Of a stretch of 64,000 nt of DNA, positions 59,901-64,000 are shown one piece after another. Each line of letters opens with the position of its first letter. Position 1 is the stretch's first letter. Source of the DNA: an uncultured Planctomycetota bacterium (GTDB lineage Bacteria > Planctomycetota > Phycisphaerae > Tepidisphaerales > Tepidisphaeraceae); the NCBI GenBank assembly GCA_963841915.1, contig CAWJEN010000001.1:47648-111647 (forward strand), in the 5' to 3' direction. Made by a program: the position numbers and the translations under genes. The notes beneath the pieces were generated by a model. It was given only the letters and a program-made list of their open reading frames with translations. It made no database searches and was not told the origin of the DNA.

Positions 59901-61711
59901 CTGGCGGTGGTCCCGGGCGTCTGATCCGCGATGACGTAAGACTGCCCGAAGTTCTGCGTTCCGGCGACCTGGAAGACGCGATTGGCGTCGTTGAAAGTCA
60001 GGTTGTTGTCGAAACCGAGCGCGATGATCTCGCCCTCAGGCGATGAGGTGGTGACGTCGAAGGTCAGGACGGTGTCAGCCGTGACGGTGTAATTCAGCGG
60101 CAGGTTCTTCCATGCATTTCCGTTGAGCGTGACGGCGTTGCCGCCGCCAGCGATGGAGACAGTGCCAGCGTCCTGGGTCGGAACGGCGACGAAGTCGGCC
60201 GCGTCGAACGTGCGGCCGGTGCCGGCGACGTTGATGGTCAGGTCACTGACCGGCACATCAGCCGAGCTGAAGCGGAAGACGGCGGCGCTTGCGTTGAATC
60301 CGCTAAGGATGTCACCGCCACCACCGTCGGCACCGCGCTGGCGGTCGACGTCGATGACGGACCCGCCTGCGAGGATGTTGCCGGCGTTGTCGAGGGCAAT
60401 GTCATTGCCGATGTTGAAGGTGTCATCGCTTTGAGGTGCAAGATTGCGAATGGTCTGCATGAGACCGCTCGGCAACCAGCCTTCGCTGGGGTAGGCACGA
60501 ATCTGATCGATCGAGGTGAATTCGCCTTGTATAGTCGAAACCGCGGCCGAGTTTGACTCCGTAGGCACGCGGCGGAGTTCGACAATCCCGCCGTCTTGCG
60601 GAAATACGACGTCGAGAAGTTCCGCCTCTCCGAAGAAGGCCGTGTTAGGGCCTGCCTCGAAATGGTCGAGCTTGAAGCCACTGTCGATGTCGCCATCTGA
60701 CTCGTCTTCCAGCAGCACATATCGCCCGTCGGGATGGCTGTAAAATCCTAGATAGGATGGATTATTGCCCTGGCTGAAGTTGTTCCGCACCTCGCCTCCG
60801 GCGGCGGTCACTGCGAGGCCAGTGCCGGAAAGACGCACAACACCCGCACCCGGATCATAATGGTTGCGGGGAGTCTGCGGCGAACCGCTCTCGTGAACGT
60901 AACTGAGGAAGGCACCCCCATCGTCGAGTGCGCCGACTTCGCGGAAGTCGGTGAGATCATATATGATTGACGACTGACTACCGTTGATGATCGATTCAAC
61001 GGAGGAGTCATGAATCACCTTCGACGTCGTTGCGGTGCCCGCCGCGTTATAGCGGACGATGTTGGCCAGTGTACTGCCACTTGTGGTGCTGAATCGGCCG
61101 ATGACAATCGAGCCATTGGAGGCGACGTCGTAGTCGATGCCCGTATCGATCAATGCCGAAGACAGATCAAGGCTTAGCGGCACCTGTATTGCGCTGTACG
61201 ACGTGTCAAGTGTCAGATCCTCATTGAAGCGGCGAACCTCGAAGGACGGATTCGGGCCGAACGCATCAATGAGGCGACTGGCAAAGAACCGAGACGAGCC
61301 GGGAATCGGCTGATAGTCGCTGAAGCTTGAGAGCGGAAGGAAATCGGATGCCGATGCAATCCCGTCTCCACCGCCGAAGCTCAGATCGAGCGTCCCGGCA
61401 GGCGTCAGCTTGGCGACCTGCGTGGTTGCCACTGTCGGCGGCCGCAGTTGGAACGGGCCGCCCGGAGCGACAATCTGCGGGATTGTCGCGTCGGCGTCGG
61501 CTGCGCCTCCCAGAGCGTAGATTGAATTACCTACAACGAGCAGGTCGGTCGCAGCAGCGAAGTTGCCCCCTGTAAAGCTGAAGTCTGCGGTGCCGTTGTT
61601 GCCGAACGTCGCGTCCGGCATCACCGGGGTGGCCGCCAGCAGACGCCGTTGCTCGAGCGTCTCGAAGGCGGCGGCGGAGATGCGGCGACGGGTCGTTGAT
61701 CTATTCTTCAT
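56945..61711 (-). CDS. Large extracellular multidomain protein (LExRxLL motif, delta-60-like repeats, three copies of a ~165-aa module, divergent C-terminus)
   Basis: [21 protein letters not shown]; three [15 protein letters not shown]...[14 protein letters not shown] modules. Confidence 0.88.
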   Translation of the reverse strand: MKNRSTTRRRISAAAFETLEQRRLLAATPVMPDATFGNNGTADFSFTGGNFAAATDLLVVGNSIYALGGAADADATIPQIVAPGGPFQLRPPTVATTQVAKLTPAGTLDLSFGGGDGIASASDFLPLSSFSDYQPIPGSSRFFASRLIDAFGPNPSFEVRRFNEDLTLDTSYSAIQVPLSLDLSSALIDTGIDYDVASNGSIVIGRFSTTSGSTLANIVRYNAAGTATTSKVIHDSSVESIINGSQSSIIYDLTDFREVGALDDGGAFLSYVHESGSPQTPRNHYDPGAGVVRLSGTGLAVTAAGGEVRNNFSQGNNPSYLGFYSHPDGRYVLLEDESDGDIDSGFKLDHFEAGPNTAFFGEAELLDVVFPQDGGIVELRRVPTESNSAAVSTIQGEFTSIDQIRAYPSEGWLPSGLMQTIRNLAPQSDDTFNIGNDIALDNAGNILAGGSVIDVDRQRGADGGGGDILSGFNASAAVFRFSSADVPVSDLTINVAGTGRTFDAADFVAVPTQDAGTVSIAGGGNAVTLNGNAWKNLPLNYTVTADTVLTFDVTTSSPEGEIIALGFDNNLTFNDANRVFQVAGTQNFGQSYVIADQTPGTTASYTVRVGDFYTGQMNWLSFVNDADSISGTSATFANISIAEDVPDAPAFQQVDGLVTIEAADETGGTATSAGPQWADFNDASAVNGRAVRALPNTGFNSGESLTGDRLDYAINFTQTGTHYVWLRMAGDGFRDDSVHVGLDGDVATLGGFGMAPPPNAGPDYQWVNAPNELGRRVTVNVTTPGLHTLNVWVREDGVRVDEIRVAKSASYDPSTPIVPNVPPTVGSLTVSSSTVAADGTVTLTANNVSDSDGTIRSVVFSVVESDRVVGFVLAEDFDGTNGFSTTVDLDDLVIKGPTMTVNVLQPGDVVTFRAFAVDDDFAQSQSVSATVTIADAPQGDTFQQVNGLVTIEAADETGGTATSQGPQWSDFNDASAVGGKAVRALPNSGFNSGDTTTGDRHDYAINFNQTGIHYVWVRLAGDTNRDDSVHVGLDGTPASFGNYGIAPNQANGTYIWADGSDGLGGNLGRRVTVNVPSAGVHTLNLWVREDGVRVDEIRVAKSSTYNPSTPPPPMPTAFQQVNGLVTIEAADETGAATGQGPAWSDFTDATAVGGRAVQAVPSTGFNAGDTTAGSRLDYRINFSQTGTHYVWLRLAGDTNRDDSVHVGLNGTAASFGNYGIAPRQVDGDYYWADGSDGFGGNLGRRVTVNVTTPGVQTLNLWVREDGVRVDEIRVAKSASYTPVGEPVPVSVNFDNAPVGSFSELVHDGLRFRVINGNSEFVTDGSWDAFDDGRPYQRIKSIGLPGHFSGDIEITSADGSPFSVRSVSVEGAVERRYSNGPIVGSVGLDAVFADGSTGSAGASEKTAGVGGVGAGSDYSVNRIDWTGLSSMIMTFSNNAPYGISLTNVLYQVGDELPALARPEGAVEVTFDDVPLGPHRSIDLEVEGVDYYLQIHPLVDMLVVEHPDGRRSIQQSTASSIIRLYRRDGAPINWHSYIETFSTPFSAPDDARTILFTTVNSFGPTDVVYFNSLQYTSYKPELYGFVLLGQ
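57866..59761 (-). repeat. Three ~490-bp intragenic repeats (approx. 59273-59761, 58391-58888, 57866-58360)
   Basis: Near-identical DNA blocks such as gcttcgatcgt(c/g)ac(c/a)ag and acccgcacgccgtc(c/t)tcgcg recur in each copy. Confidence 0.9.
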
Positions 61712-62040
61712 GCTAGACGTTTTCTGCCTTCTGGCGGTCTGTCGCCCCTCATGCAGACCCACCCGGGCGACTCAAGGCAACCAAAACAATCAATTATCGG
61801 ACTCACACTAACCTTGGTCGACCACACGGGTCAACACTGTTCGCGCAATCTTCACGCAGCATTTTGACGTGACGTGTGTCGCCCATGCGACATCCTTGCC
61901 GAGCGATCGCGTGCCTCCTACCGTGGCCGGCCCTGTTGCAGTGTTGCACCAGGCGCCTCGACCACCGGTCGGGCGTCACACTTATAAGTATGACACCTCG
62001 CCGGTCGGAGACAATCGCCACCTTATCAGAAAGCAGCCAT

Positions 62041-62310
62041 ATGGCTCTCGCGACGGCAAAGAAGCAGGAAATCGTTAAGGAACATGCTCGCAGCGACAAC
62101 GACACCGGCAGTGCCGAGGTTCAGATCGCCATCCTCACGACGAGGATCCTGGAGCTGACTGAGCACCTCAAGGTGCACAAGAAGGACTACGCCAGCCGCC
62201 GCGGGCTGCTGACGATGGTCGCCAAGCGGACGCACCTGCTGCGTTATCTGCAGCGGACCGAACGGCCACGCTACCTGGCTGTCATCAAGAAACTCGGTCT
62301 CCGCAAGTAA
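62041..62310 (+). CDS. rpsO: 30S ribosomal protein S15
   Basis: [29 protein letters not shown]. Confidence 0.97.
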   Translation: MALATAKKQEIVKEHARSDNDTGSAEVQIAILTTRILELTEHLKVHKKDYASRRGLLTMVAKRTHLLRYLQRTERPRYLAVIKKLGLRK

Positions 62311-62324
62311 CGGAGTCGGATCAC

Positions 62325-62362
62325 ACCGCGGGGCACAACGAGACGTTGTGCCCCGCGGTTTT
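62325..62362 (+). terminator. Terminator hairpin between rpsO and pnp
   Basis: accgcggggcacaacg-aga-cgttgtgccccgcggt-ttt. Confidence 0.75.
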
Positions 62363-62527
62363 CGGTATCCGGTCGACGTTGCCGGATGCCTTGCCGAAGG
62401 TGATGTCGGCCGACCCTCCGTCCCGGGCGGCGTCGGATCTCTCCCTCGGACTTCACCGCAGGCTTTGCGTGCCGGCGGTCCATGTGTCGGAACCCCCCAC
62501 CGGGACGGCCTTAAAGGTTTGTTAGCT

Positions 62528-64000
62528 ATGCAAGACATTCGAGTAGAGACCCAACTCGCGGGTCGCACCCTGTCCATTGAAACCGGCACCGTCGCCCGCC
62601 AGGCGGCGGGCAGTGTGACGGTCCAGTACGGCGAAACCGTCGTCCTCGCCGCCGTCGCCCGCGGGGCACCCCGCGAAGGCATCGACTTTTTCCCGATGCA
62701 GGTAGAGTACCGCGAGCGACGCAGCGCTGCCGGTAAGTTCCCCGGCGGCTTCATGAAGCGTGAAGGCCGCCCGAGCAACCGCGAGGTGCTCATCATGCGG
62801 ATGGTCGACCGCCCGCTCCGCCCGCTCTTCCCCGAGGGGTTCAAGGACGAGCTGCAGATTCACCTCAGCGTCCTCGCCTACGACGGCGTCAACGACCCCG
62901 ACGTGCTCAGCGGCATCGCCGCCTCGGCCGCCCTGGCGATCAGCGACATCCCCTTCAACGGCCCGACCGCCCACGTCCGTTGCGGTCTCGTGCCCGACGA
63001 AAACGACGAGCTCCAGGCAGTCCTCATGCCGACGGCCGAGCAGCAGGCAGACAGCGACATCGATCTTGTGTTGGCCGGCACGAAGAACTACCCGAACATG
63101 ATCGAGGTCGGGGCGTTTGAGGTCGAAGAAGAAGAAGTCACCGAGCTCATCGAGTTCGGCCACAAGGCCATCAAGGACATCTGCGGCCTGATCGAAGAGC
63201 TCGTCAAGAAGACGGGCGGACCGAAGGAAAAAGTCCAGCTCGGCAAGAACGACCTCGATTCAGAGCTCGTCGACGCCGTTCACAAGATGGCCTTCGAGAA
63301 GATCAAGGACGCCAAGGGCGACCCTGGCAAGCAGGAGCGGGCCAACCGCATCAAGAAGATCAAGGACGAGGTGATGGACGCCCACGCGCCCGAGCCCGGC
63401 CCCGATGCCCCGTACGCCCTCTATCAGGAACGGACGAAAAAGGGCATTCAAGTTGGCAACGCTTTCCGCAAGGTCGAGAAGCTGGCCACGCGTCAGCTCG
63501 TCATCGAGGGCACCCGTCCCGACGGCCGCAAGAACGACGAAATCCGCGACATCTCCTGCAAGGCGGGCATCATCCCCCGCGTGCACGGCAGCGCACTCTT
63601 CACCCGCGGTGAAACGCAGTCCATCTGCACCATCACGCTCGGCACGTCCGGCGACACGCAGCTCGTCGAAGGCGTCACCGAGGAGTACGAGCAGAAGTTC
63701 ATGCTCCACTACAACTTCCCACCCTACAGCGTCGGCGAAGTGCGTCGCCTGGGCGGCGTGAGCCGTCGCGAGCTGGGTCACGGTGCCCTGGCCGAAAAGG
63801 GCCTGCTGGGCGTAATCCCGGATGTCGAAGACTTCCCGTACACGATCCGCGTGATCAGCGACATCACGGAGTCCAACGGCTCGAGCTCGATGGCGTCGGC
63901 CTGCTGTGGCTGCCTCGCACTCATGGACGCTGGCGTGCCTGTGACCGACATGGTGGCAGGCATCAGCGTCGGTGTCATCCGCGAAGGTGAAGGCGACAAG
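62528..64000 (+). CDS. pnp: Polyribonucleotide nucleotidyltransferase (partial, runs off the window end)
   Basis: IETGTVARQAAG, DFFP, AGKFPGGFMKREGRP, HGSALFTRGETQ, LHYNFPPYSVGE, ESNGSSSMAS; follows rpsO. Confidence 0.97.
   Translation, partial: MQDIRVETQLAGRTLSIETGTVARQAAGSVTVQYGETVVLAAVARGAPREGIDFFPMQVEYRERRSAAGKFPGGFMKREGRPSNREVLIMRMVDRPLRPLFPEGFKDELQIHLSVLAYDGVNDPDVLSGIAASAALAISDIPFNGPTAHVRCGLVPDENDELQAVLMPTAEQQADSDIDLVLAGTKNYPNMIEVGAFEVEEEEVTELIEFGHKAIKDICGLIEELVKKTGGPKEKVQLGKNDLDSELVDAVHKMAFEKIKDAKGDPGKQERANRIKKIKDEVMDAHAPEPGPDAPYALYQERTKKGIQVGNAFRKVEKLATRQLVIEGTRPDGRKNDEIRDISCKAGIIPRVHGSALFTRGETQSICTITLGTSGDTQLVEGVTEEYEQKFMLHYNFPPYSVGEVRRLGGVSRRELGHGALAEKGLLGVIPDVEDFPYTIRVISDITESNGSSSMASACCGCLALMDAGVPVTDMVAGISVGVIREGEGDK

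Overview
High-GC (roughly two-thirds G+C by eye) bacterial chromosome segment. It is most likely a Planctomycetota member, probably class Phycisphaerae; this is inferred from three N-terminal LExRxLL proteins, prepilin-type H-X9-DG proteins, three PEP-CTERM proteins and RTX-like calcium-binding repeats. Left 27 kb: an accessory carbohydrate region with two polysaccharide-utilisation-like clusters (1074-12440 and 14706-26332). Each combines a PEP-CTERM protein, a prepilin-like protein, a LacI-type sugar-sensing regulator, secreted beta-propeller proteins and unusual enzymes, with no TonB/SusC-D or ABC sugar importer inside it. Decayed gene fragments (IS630, IS66, histidine kinase, EamA, DUF1003, deoC) separate and bound the clusters. 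Three paralogue pairs occur there, two of them with different export tags, and one pair shares a conserved upstream motif. Middle: core genes (TolB-like lipoprotein, ABC permease, queE, tRNA-Leu, gpmI, ParA) plus three parS-type palindromes, which suggest proximity to oriC. Right: a surface-glycan/EPS glycosyltransferase cluster, tsf-rpsB (rpsB frameshifted, probably an assembly error), a large mosaic extracellular repeat protein, rpsO and a partial pnp. All calls come from motif recognition by eye; no database searches were run.
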